Translations under genes and position numbers: made by a program | Shown here: positions 39,776 through 48,878 of the stretch, one piece after another | How positions within the stretch are numbered: position 1 is the first letter of the stretch | Layout: each line of letters opens with the position of its first letter | The notes under the pieces: model-generated | What the model was told of the DNA's origin: nothing | What the model saw: the letters and a program-made list of their open reading frames with translations, nothing else | Databases searched by the model: none | Assembly (NCBI GenBank): GCA_023205875.1 | Contig: CP060764.1 | Location: forward strand, 620,001 to 684,000 | Reading direction: 5' to 3' | From: Chloropicon primus | Taxonomy: Eukaryota | DNA length: 64,000 bases

Positions 39776-40960
39776 CTATTGTTTGGAATTCGTCTCCTTG
39801 ATCCACTCGACGACGTGCTGGTGACCCATAGACTCCGCTTCCTTTTTGCAATTCTCCGGGTTCCAAGGACACGGCGGATCCTGGCTTTGAAGCCACTGCA
39901 GAGCGACGAGGTGACCTCCAGAAGCTGCGTAAAAGGATGTCCCGTTGTCCCAAGGACACGGCGGATCCTGGCTTCGAAGCCACTTGAGAACGTCAAGGTG
40001 ACCTCCCCAAGCTGCACCGGAACAAGTCGTCACGTCCCAAGGGCAAGGTGGATCCTGGCTTCGAGCCCACTTGAGAACGCCGAGTTCGCCTCCACCAGCT
40101 GCATGTTGACAAGTCTTCGCGTCCCACGGGCAAGGTGGATCCTGGCTTCGCAGCCACTGCAGAGCGCCGAGGCGACCTCCAGTAGCTGCAAAGGCACAAG
40201 TGCTCTCGTTCCACGGGCACGGCGGGTCCTGGCTTCGGAGCCACTGCAGATTATGAAGGTGACCCTCGTAAGCTGAGTAAGAGCAAGCATTCTCGTTCCA
40301 AGGGCACGGCGGATTCTGGCTTCGGAGCCACTGCAGAACCTCGAGCTGGCCCCCGCAACTTGCACCAGCGTAAGCAGACTCGTCGAGCTTGCACCCCTCG
40401 CTCCTCAGCCAGTCCAGCACATCGACGTGACCGCCGGCGGCGGCGGCTGCCAGAGCCACCGCTTCTTCTGTCTCGTGCCGCAAGCACTTGATGCTCAAAG
40501 GGATCCCTTGGCTCGCCAGCCACTTCATCGCCTTCTTGCTGCCCTGGAAAGTGGCGACAAGGAGCAGGTCAGCGTCGTACAAGTGGTTCGAGTAGCTCCC
40601 GAACCTCTGCGACGCAGCCGCTCCCTCCTTCCTCTCGAAGGAGTGATACACCCACTGGAACCAATCCAAAGTGAAGCAGGGCATCTGCTCCATCAGCTTG
40701 TGGTCCATCAGGCTCGTCCTCAGAGGAAGAGGACCCTTTTTCCGAGGGTCCCCCGCCTCCACCAACGCCTCGAGGAACGTCCTGCAAGTCGAGGCGAACG
40801 CGACTCGATCGTAGTCGGTCACATGCTTGCCGACGATGCGCCACAGAGGCTCCGGCAGCACCTCCAGCGCGTGCTTCGGGGGAGCCTCCGTCTTCTGTTT
40901 CTTTCTCGCCGCCACCATGACGCCGTCCACGTTGTCTCGTTTTGGGGGTGATGTGCTCAT
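39776..40960 (-). CDS. Ankyrin-like repeat protein of the 'WLRSQDPPCPWD' type with an F-box-like N-terminus
   Basis: About seven 27-aa units A(A/S).GGHL..L(Q/K)WLRSQDPPCPW. N-terminal LEVLPEPLWRIV..FASTCRTF. Confidence 0.85.
   Translation of the reverse strand: MSTSPPKRDNVDGVMVAARKKQKTEAPPKHALEVLPEPLWRIVGKHVTDYDRVAFASTCRTFLEALVEAGDPRKKGPLPLRTSLMDHKLMEQMPCFTLDWFQWVYHSFERKEGAAASQRFGSYSNHLYDADLLLVATFQGSKKAMKWLASQGIPLSIKCLRHETEEAVALAAAAAGGHVDVLDWLRSEGCKLDESAYAGASCGGQLEVLQWLRSQNPPCPWNENACSYSAYEGHLHNLQWLRSQDPPCPWNESTCAFAATGGRLGALQWLRSQDPPCPWDAKTCQHAAGGGELGVLKWARSQDPPCPWDVTTCSGAAWGGHLDVLKWLRSQDPPCPWDNGTSFYAASGGHLVALQWLQSQDPPCPWNPENCKKEAESMGHQHVVEWIKETNSKQ
39850..40340. repeat. 81-bp coding tandem repeat within the ankyrin-like gene
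   Basis: The unit ccaagg(a/g)cacggcggatcctggcttcg..gccact recurs at 81-bp spacing. Confidence 0.85.
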
Positions 40961-41460
40961 GTTGGCTTAGTCGTAGGCCGCTCCAAGAGCCTTGGTGCTT
41001 CGTCCGTTACGAAACGCAACGCAACGCAACGCAACGCGTTTTGGTGGTTGGGTGTCCGTGTTCCTCTGGTGGTTGTCGAGCGCTGCACGCCGCCGAAAGA
41101 TGGAGACCCATGCAGAGCGATGAGCGATGAGGACCTTGCTCTTTCGACCTTCCCAGGGGGTACCTTTTATCCAGATCTCAGATCTTTCGTCGGTTCTCCT
41201 CCTCTCAATCAAAATCCAGGGAAGAATGGGCCGTCGTTCGTTCGGCGAGAGAAGCTCGACAGCACCATAACGCATAACGCGAAACGCGAATGCGCTGTTT
41301 GTTTTTCGAGGGAAAACCACAACGATGTGCAGCAAAACAGGGAGAGACGCCGTTTGCCACTGCGACCATTCATCATCGTTCACAATCACGGTGGAGGACA
41401 CGACCGCGGCTGCGCCTCTGCGACGTCTGTGGGAACACATCCAAGACCTGGAACTCCGCG

Positions 41461-43824
41461 ATGGAGTCCACACTTGCGAGAACGACGACGAGGACCACCA
41501 GGAGGAGGAGGGTCGGGATGGCCTTGGTGGTTGTCCTGGCGTGCATGGTGGGGGGGGCCGCGCCCGTGGGGGCGGTTTCCTCGACCAGCATTAGGGTTCG
41601 CGCCCTCCTCGAGGAGCCCACACCGAGCGCGGCAGTGGAGGAGGCCGTCGCTCCCACGGGGGCTCCTGAGGAGGAAGGGGAACCGAGCGCGGCAGTGGAG
41701 GAGGCCGTCGCTCCCACGGGGGCTCCTGAGGAGGAAGGGGACTCGTTCTCGTCAGGAAAACTAAAACCTAAACCGGAAGATCCGTACATCGAAGGGGGCT
41801 CGGACTCGTCGCCGCCCGAGAGCACAGAGTACGAAATGCAAGGAGGATCCACACCACCTCCGCCGTCGCCTGCAGACTCCCGCGGCGAGCGCGAGTCTTC
41901 CTCCTCCCGTGAGTCCCTGGAGAAGGAGGCGGAGGAGGCGGAGGACCAAAGGGAGGAGGTTCTCAAGGACTTCGCGAACACGTTCGTGGACACCCTCGAC
42001 GAGCTCGAGAGGGATGTATCCCAGGACATCGAGGACGAGCTCGTCGAGATCGAGCTCGTGGGAAGCCAGACGGAGAGGGATGTATCCCAGGACATCGAGG
42101 ACGATCTCTCCGGAGACATCCTCGAGGGCGAGTTTCTCTCTTACATGGAGGACCCCTCGACGATGCAACTCCCCCCCGGCGCCACGATCATGATGGTCGA
42201 CGGCGTCCCGATGGTCATGGTCGACGGGGTCCCGCTCATGGTGGTGGACCCCGCCTGGGATGACAAGGAGGAGGAGGAGGACTACTACATCTCCGATTAC
42301 TACTACGCCGATTACTACTACGCCGATGCCGAGGACAAGGGCCACGCGCGGGACTACCCCGAGGACGAGGAGGTCGAGGAGGTGGTGCATCTGCTCGAGC
42401 ACGATGAAGCCACCCATTCACCACCACCACTCGACGCGGTGCCTGCGGATGGGGCGGACGGGGCGGACGGGACCGACGGCTCCCAGGGCGAGGTGATCAC
42501 CCACCTGCCCGGGTGGAAGGACGACGACGGGGAAGCGGACGGCGAGTGGAAGGACCAGGACCCCGATCCCCCGGCCCCCGCGGAGGAGGGCCTCAGCGAG
42601 GAGGCCAAGACCCTGATCGTGGGCGCCATCAGCGAGGCCGCCGAGGAGCAGGGCGGGGACGAGCCCCTCGACCTGTCCATCGCATTCATGATGGGTGACG
42701 CCTTTGCGCTGAACGACGAGGACAACGACGCCGGGATCGCTGTCTCCATCGGGGGGTTCGCCGAGGCCGACGGGGAGGACGGCTTGGATGGGTCGGATGG
42801 CGTGGACGGGGCCGAGGGGGTTGAGACCGCGTCCGTTGAGGGCGACGTGGTCTACATCGACGCCAACGGCCAGGACGGCCAGGGCGGCCAGGACGGCATG
42901 AACGGAGGAGACGCCGGGACCGCCATCGTGACGACGGGCCAGAGCGCCAGCGCGATGGGCGGAGACGGGGGAGACGGCGGGGACGGAGGAGACGGCGGGG
43001 ACGGCGGTGCAGCCAGCAACACGGACACGAAGACCTTCGCGGTGGTCGAGGCCAATGGAGGCCGAGGAGGCAATGGGGGCTTCGGGGGAAGGGGCGGAGA
43101 CGGGGGAAGCATTCAGGAGCTCCAGATCCCGGAGGAGGACCTGGCCGCCATGCCGACTCCGAGCCAGATCGTGCACATCCTCGAGGCGGCCGGCAGGGAT
43201 CTGGGGGACGTCTACCTGGCTCTCGGCGGCGACGACACCATGGACGATGAGGAGCTCGACCAGTTGCTCAAGGAACATATGCCGACGTACGACGAGGACG
43301 GCAACAGGAGATTCTACGTCCTCGGGGCCGATGGCGTGGAGGAGAAGATGGCCGCCGAGGTTCTCGAGAGCGTCCTCAAGGCGAACCTCGATTGGGAGAC
43401 GATTGTCCTGAGCTACTTCCCGGACCAGATGGACGAGCTCGATCCCCCGGTGTACATCCTCGACAAGAGCGGGGGCAGCGGCGGTGCCGGAGGAGACGGA
43501 GGAGACGGAGGGAACGGGGGTTCCGTGATCAATGCCTATGGAGAGGCCAAGGCCGATGGCGGTGCAGGAGGTGCCGGTGGCCTGGGGGGCCCCAAGGGCT
43601 GCCCCAGAGGCGAGCGTTGCAACGAGGAGGAGGTCGAAGAGTATCAGTTCAGGAGGAATTCTCCGCCCTCGACCGATCTCGGCGAGACCTCCTCACCATC
43701 GTTCACGGTTGCCAGCACCACCGCGGCGGAGGACGACGAGGGGGAGTGCGGCTTCATGGGATGGCTCTTTGGGGGCCTGTTTGGCGACTTTGATGGTTGC
43801 AGCATGTTCTCCCTCTGCTTCTAG
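41461..43824 (+). CDS. Secreted, highly acidic, Gly-rich repetitive protein
   Basis: Signal-like segment (MALVVVLACMVGGAAPVGA), D/E-rich composition, G-x-x repeats and GGxGGxGG tracts. The start could be 41518. Confidence 0.75.
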   Translation: MESTLARTTTRTTRRRRVGMALVVVLACMVGGAAPVGAVSSTSIRVRALLEEPTPSAAVEEAVAPTGAPEEEGEPSAAVEEAVAPTGAPEEEGDSFSSGKLKPKPEDPYIEGGSDSSPPESTEYEMQGGSTPPPPSPADSRGERESSSSRESLEKEAEEAEDQREEVLKDFANTFVDTLDELERDVSQDIEDELVEIELVGSQTERDVSQDIEDDLSGDILEGEFLSYMEDPSTMQLPPGATIMMVDGVPMVMVDGVPLMVVDPAWDDKEEEEDYYISDYYYADYYYADAEDKGHARDYPEDEEVEEVVHLLEHDEATHSPPPLDAVPADGADGADGTDGSQGEVITHLPGWKDDDGEADGEWKDQDPDPPAPAEEGLSEEAKTLIVGAISEAAEEQGGDEPLDLSIAFMMGDAFALNDEDNDAGIAVSIGGFAEADGEDGLDGSDGVDGAEGVETASVEGDVVYIDANGQDGQGGQDGMNGGDAGTAIVTTGQSASAMGGDGGDGGDGGDGGDGGAASNTDTKTFAVVEANGGRGGNGGFGGRGGDGGSIQELQIPEEDLAAMPTPSQIVHILEAAGRDLGDVYLALGGDDTMDDEELDQLLKEHMPTYDEDGNRRFYVLGADGVEEKMAAEVLESVLKANLDWETIVLSYFPDQMDELDPPVYILDKSGGSGGAGGDGGDGGNGGSVINAYGEAKADGGAGGAGGLGGPKGCPRGERCNEEEVEEYQFRRNSPPSTDLGETSSPSFTVASTTAAEDDEGECGFMGWLFGGLFGDFDGCSMFSLCF
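41622..41741 (+). repeat. Perfect 60-bp tandem duplication (PSAAVEEAVAPTGAPEEEG)
   Basis: Two identical copies of accgagcgcggcagtggaggaggccgtcgctcccacgggggctcctgaggaggaagggga. Confidence 0.9.
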
Positions 43825-44677
43825 AGCGAGCTGCAGAAGGAGGTCCTTTGCGTGGTCTGCGAACGAAGGAGGCGGACGACATGCATTCAATGCTGGTTTA
43901 ATTACTATATTCAAGTGAAATAAAATGCACATACTTACCCAACGCTGCCCCCTTGTCGTTGTTGTGTTCTCGTCCGAAAATTGGCTGATGGGTTTTGGTT
44001 TTGGTTTCCTTCCTCAGTGATCCAGTGATCACAAGCGTGTGTGTGTGTTTTCCTGTCCTGTGAAGAAATATTTGATATTTCCATGAAGAGGAGGTGAGTC
44101 GAGGCTCCTTGCCTTGTGTTCTCGCTGACTCTCTCCTCTTCTCTTCTCTTCTCCTCCCTTCTCCTCCTCCTCCTCCTCCCTTGTTGTTCCCTTCTCCTTG
44201 TTCTTGTTCTTGTTCTTGTTCTTGTTCTCTTCTCTTGTTGTCCCGTTGTTCTTACACTTGTTTGACCAAGAAAGATGATATCCTCCAAGCCAGGGGATGG
44301 ATGGAATCCCCTTGTCCTTTCTTTCTTGTGCTTGTGGCTTTTGTCCTCCTCGCACAATCTCTTGGACTTTAATTAAAGGAAAACCTTCTCCTCTCTTCTC
44401 TTCGTCTTGTCTTGTCTTGTCCTCCGCCCCCACCCCCACACCTTGACGAGCAGACCATCGAGGGAGTTGCCATATCATCGCCATCGTCCAACGACACAGA
44501 GGACGACCGCCAACCCAACCAAGGGCAATACCCGCGGACCACACAGGGCCTTGGAGGACTCCCTTTGGTCTACACCACGCGCAAAGGGAACGAACCAAAG
44601 AACGAAAGCACGCCACACTGGCACATTCTCGACCCAGCTGAGAGAATTTATTTTAGCTCAACTTTTGGGTCGGCACA

Positions 44678-46470
44678 ATGGCTTCACTCTTGGGGGATGA
44701 GTCCCTCAATCTGCCCCCGGACGAGTGGTTGGAAAAATTCCCCACGCCGACCAAGAACTCGAACAAGAAGACCACGATTGACGACATGCTGGAAGCGATT
44801 CCGAAGGACGGCAAGCCAGGTAAGAGCATCTTGAGCATTTGTTTTGACAAACCGCATCGTGTCCACCGGTTGTCCTCCCCTTTCCCGGGGCCTTATCTCT
44901 CTCGTTTACGGAGCACGGTCACAAAAGGCTGACGACTTTGTCTTTCTTGCCCCTTGGCTTTGGTTCTGTGTGGTCGCGAATGCGTTTGGGAATGCGTGAA
45001 ATGGTGTGTGCAGCGAGTTCTAATCCCAAGCAAAGGCCAAACAGTCCCAGGAGTCTTGAGGCTTGCCTGACCCTGGGCATCGACCCCAAGGAGCTGATCT
45101 ACCGCCCCTTGGAGTACTTTGCGGATGCGAACTTGACGGAGACCCTTCAAAAGATGAAGTACGACAAGTTCGAGAGCCTTCGACAGGATAGGCTGAAGAA
45201 GCTTTCCGTGGAGCGCGCCCGCGTGAACGCGTCGTCAAACAAGACGTGGTCGACTCCCTCCAAGAGCAGCTCCGTGAACCAGGTTCTTGACTCTCTTCAG
45301 AGCTCTGACATGATAGAATTGGAGAAGAAGCGCTTGGAGGTTGTGCAGCGCAGGCAGCAGAAGGAGCTCGAACAGCTGTTGAACTACGAGAAGAGAAGGC
45401 AGGAGCTCAAGGAGCAAGCTGCGAAAAAGATGAAGGAGCAGGAAAGGCGGATGCTGGCCCAGAAGGCAATGCGCGAGAAGAGGGAGACGGAGTGGCAGAT
45501 CGGCATGAGAGAGAGAGAGCTTCAGAGGGCCAAGGAGGAGCAGAGGCTCGAGATGGAGGCCAAGGCCCTCGCTTCCCAAAAGTACAGGGAGGAGATCGCC
45601 GCCAACCAGAAGGAGAAGGAGAATGAGAAGAGGAGGCAGTACGAGGCTCACTTGAGGGAGCAGGAGAGGATAGCCAAGGCGGAGTACCATAGGAAACAGA
45701 CCGAGAGCATCTTGAAAGAGCAGCAGGAGCTGATCGCAAAGAAGCAGCGAGAAGTGATGCAGAGGGATGAGGAGAGGCTCGCCCACCAGGAGAAGGTGAA
45801 GAAGGAGCGCCAGCTCATGAACGAGGTCAAGCGCAAGAAGGCTGAGGAGAGGCTTCAGCGCGCCCTGGACGCCAACAAACAGATGCTCGTCCAGAAGAGG
45901 GTGGAGTACGAAGAGAAGCAGGAGCTGAACGCTCAACGGAAGCTTGAGCGCGACATCAAGGTCAAGGAGGCCGAGGAGAGGAGAATAAAGAACGAGATGG
46001 CCAAGCAAAGGCTGCGGGAAGAGAAGTTCCAGGAGGCTCAGAAGAGAGAGGAGGGTCGGGTCAAGAATATTATCAGGAAACAGCAGGAAGCCGAGGAGAG
46101 GCTCGCCATAGTAAAAGAGAAGCAGCTCCAAAACTCCTTGCAGAGGTCGATGCAGAAGACCCTCCTGGCCGCAGAGAAGAAGTCTAGGGTGCAGAGCATG
46201 AAGAGGGCCCAGGCTTACAAGAGAAAGCAGATGCTCGAGAAGATCAAGAGCGACACGGAGAGGGCCCAGTCCCTGAAACTAGCCAAGGAGCAGCTCCAAG
46301 AGAAGCGAAAGAACGCGAACATGCGGGCCACCTTCGAGAGGCAGATGATTTATGAGGTGATGGAGAAGATCCAGTCAGGCAAGAGCCTTGGGGGCATGAA
46401 CGGCGACCTCAGCATTGAGTCACTCAAGGAAGCCGCTCAGAAAACCCCTGGCTTTCACAAGAGTCCATGA
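44678..46470 (+). CDS. Long charged coiled-coil (E/K/R/Q-rich) protein, possibly cilia- or basal-body-associated; exons 44678-44819 and 45014-46470
   Basis: A GTAAG...CAG phase-1 intron joins the ORFs. A globular motif NSPRSLEACLTLGIDPKEL precedes an extended coiled coil. Confidence 0.75.
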
Positions 46471-46712
46471 TTGATTATCGATAATGCCACTTGTTGTTGA
46501 AATAGTCCCAGTCATATTGAATTTAAGGTGTGCACTGGATGCATGTAGATAAAGATAAAGAGTCACTTTTTGCCCATCCGTCATTCCATGCCGTCGCCTC
46601 CCGACGCCCACCCTCCCTTCGTTCTTTCCTATATCCTCAACCCAAACAAACTTCTTACAAAACTCTAGCCTCTTGCTCCCCCGCGTCGCCGCGCGTGCGC
46701 GACTCCTCCTCC

Positions 46713-47468
46713 TCAATTCGTCTTCCTCTTCTTGGCTCCCGCCGCGCTCTTGGCCTTCGATCCGAGGTGGCACGCGAGCCCGAAAGCCAAGGCCCCCGCG
46801 AAAGGCCCCACCAAGTACAACGAGTTGTTCTGGAAATCCTTCGCGGCGAAGGCCCTCCCCAGCGACCAGGCCGGGTCGATGCCAGGGACGCCCACCAGGG
46901 CCGCGGGCACCGGGACCAGGAACAGGCCAGCGAGTCCAACGACTGGCCTCTTCGGGAACACGATCACGCTCAGGGCGCAGATGGCCAAGGACGTGGCGAC
47001 CTCGACGCCGAGGACAAAGTTGTCCCCCAGGTCCGGGAAGTGGGTCACAGGGGGCTTCATGCCCTCCGCGGAGAACCCGAGCCAGGCCAGGGTGTCCCTC
47101 GCGAAGACGCTTCCCACGACGCTTCCCGCCATCGTGGAAGAGATCGTTCTTACCGCCGTACCGAGCCTGATCCTCTCGGCCTCCTTCTTCTCCTCGAGCT
47201 TCTTCTTCCTGCTCCTCGTCCCCGTCCCTTGGGCCTCCTCCTCCTCCTTTCCCAGTCCCTGCGACAGGAAGGCGGCCAGCTGCACCGCCGCATTCGGCGC
47301 ACCTGCGTCGTACAGCAGGAACTGGAACCCCACGACCGCCACAACGAGCGCCACCGCGGCCCACAGCTCGTGCACTCCCAACACAAAAGGCACCGACAGG
47401 GCATACCCCTGAGCAATCGCCCAGGCTGCCGCTGCTCCGAACTCCTCCACCGCACTCCCACGACTCAT
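46713..47468 (-). CDS. Divergent aquaporin (MIP family, SIP/unorthodox-like)
   Basis: Six-TM pattern, loop B GAPNAAVQL, loop E GIDPAWSLGRA, YLVGPFAGALA, and a C-terminal basic KKRKTN. Confidence 0.75.
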   Translation of the reverse strand: MSRGSAVEEFGAAAAWAIAQGYALSVPFVLGVHELWAAVALVVAVVGFQFLLYDAGAPNAAVQLAAFLSQGLGKEEEEAQGTGTRSRKKKLEEKKEAERIRLGTAVRTISSTMAGSVVGSVFARDTLAWLGFSAEGMKPPVTHFPDLGDNFVLGVEVATSLAICALSVIVFPKRPVVGLAGLFLVPVPAALVGVPGIDPAWSLGRAFAAKDFQNNSLYLVGPFAGALAFGLACHLGSKAKSAAGAKKRKTN

Positions 47469-47539
47469 CACAACTCCCGCCTTAAAAAACAAAAACAAAA
47501 GCAAAAGCAAACCTCCTCCTCAACCTCTTCCTCAACCTG

Positions 47540-47578
<39 letters not shown>

Positions 47579-48046
47579 CATCCACATCAACAAGGGCAAA
47601 CCATCTTTGTTCAGTCCTCCACGTCACGTCACGTCACGTCACGCTCTCTCTCCAGAATGTTGTTCTTCCATCTGACTGGCTCCCGGCTGGCTCTCCCCCC
47701 GTCCCTCCCTCGTTCTCGTTCCCTCGTACTCACCTCCTCTCGTCCTCCTCCTCGCGCGCGCTCCTTGGCTCGTCTCGTCTGTCCTCCTCGTCGTTTGAAC
47801 CCTTTTCCTTTCCCCCCAAAGACGTGCGTCGCGCGGGAGAACCACAACGCAGGCCAGGGCGGCTCTCGAGGCGGCGAACACGAACACGACGAGAGCGACG
47901 ACGACGACGACGACGAGGAGGAGAGGGACGAGGAGGAGGAGAGGGGCTCGGCGGGTTGCGCTCTTTCTTCCTTTCCTTTCGTTGGGCCAACGGAGGGACG
48001 GCGGTGACGAGGAGAGCGAGGGGGTCGTCTGGAGGGGAGGGGAGGG

Positions 48047-48832
48047 ATGAAGTGCGGGAACCCGTCGTGCGGGACGGAGGTCCTCCCCGCGAGGATGAAG
48101 AGGTGCGGACGGTGCAAGAAGGAGAAGTACTGCGGGAGAGAGTGCCAAGTGATGCACTGGAGGAGCGGGCACAGGGAGGAATGCAAGCCCTGCAAGGCGA
48201 AGGCCGAGCCCGTGGGGGAGAAAGAGTACGTGTACGAGTCGAGTTTCACGCTGATAGACGACATGACGCTCGACATCATGCTCGAGAAACAGTGGGGCTC
48301 GTTCGCCGTGACTCACGCGGGGCACAAGCTGACCGAAGGCGAGGGACTCGAGGAGGCGGTCAAGGCGTGCATCGCGGACCTGTACAACACGCACTCCACC
48401 CCGGAGCGCGCCCCGCTCGGGACGCCCTGCGCGAGCTGCAAGTACTTTGACTTCGATGTGGACTTCAACATTGGGGAGGACATGATGGCGATCACGGGAA
48501 AAGAGCACGAAAGCCGCACGATCAACGTGTGTCGGTACTGCATGGCGCTGCACATGGGCGTCCTGAACTGCGCCCTGAACTTCAAGAACGGGGAGCCCAA
48601 GCTGCTGTACCAGGTCATGGCGGAGGCCCAGAGGATGGGCGAGCAAATAGTCACCAAGCAGTTCGGCGACCCGGCGGCTGGCGCCGCCCTGCACAAGGTG
48701 ATCAACCTGAGGAACGACTTTGGCAAAACCCTGCCGGAAGAAAAGAAGGCCCCCATTCGGGAGGCGATCAGGAGAGTGCAGCGCAGGGCGACACAAGCCC
48801 GCCCCGCCGCAGAAAATAGCCCCGCTTCTTAG
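48047..48832 (+). CDS. MYND-type zinc-finger protein
   Basis: CGNPSC...CGRCKKEKYCGRECQVMHW..GHREEC. Confidence 0.85.
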   Translation: MKCGNPSCGTEVLPARMKRCGRCKKEKYCGRECQVMHWRSGHREECKPCKAKAEPVGEKEYVYESSFTLIDDMTLDIMLEKQWGSFAVTHAGHKLTEGEGLEEAVKACIADLYNTHSTPERAPLGTPCASCKYFDFDVDFNIGEDMMAITGKEHESRTINVCRYCMALHMGVLNCALNFKNGEPKLLYQVMAEAQRMGEQIVTKQFGDPAAGAALHKVINLRNDFGKTLPEEKKAPIREAIRRVQRRATQARPAAENSPAS

Positions 48833-48878
48833 TAATCCGCGATCTCAAGTGCATTGTTGTTTAGCGTGTGTTTTAGGA

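Noticed and set aside
39850..40340. Regularly spaced repeats superficially like a CRISPR array
   Set aside because: The units are in-frame 81-bp coding repeats, the intervening parts are homologous to each other, there are no cas genes, and the context is eukaryotic.
43935..44616. ORFs in the pyrimidine-rich spacer
   Set aside because: They arise from (CTT/CCT/TTGTTC)n low-complexity sequence and lack coding bias.
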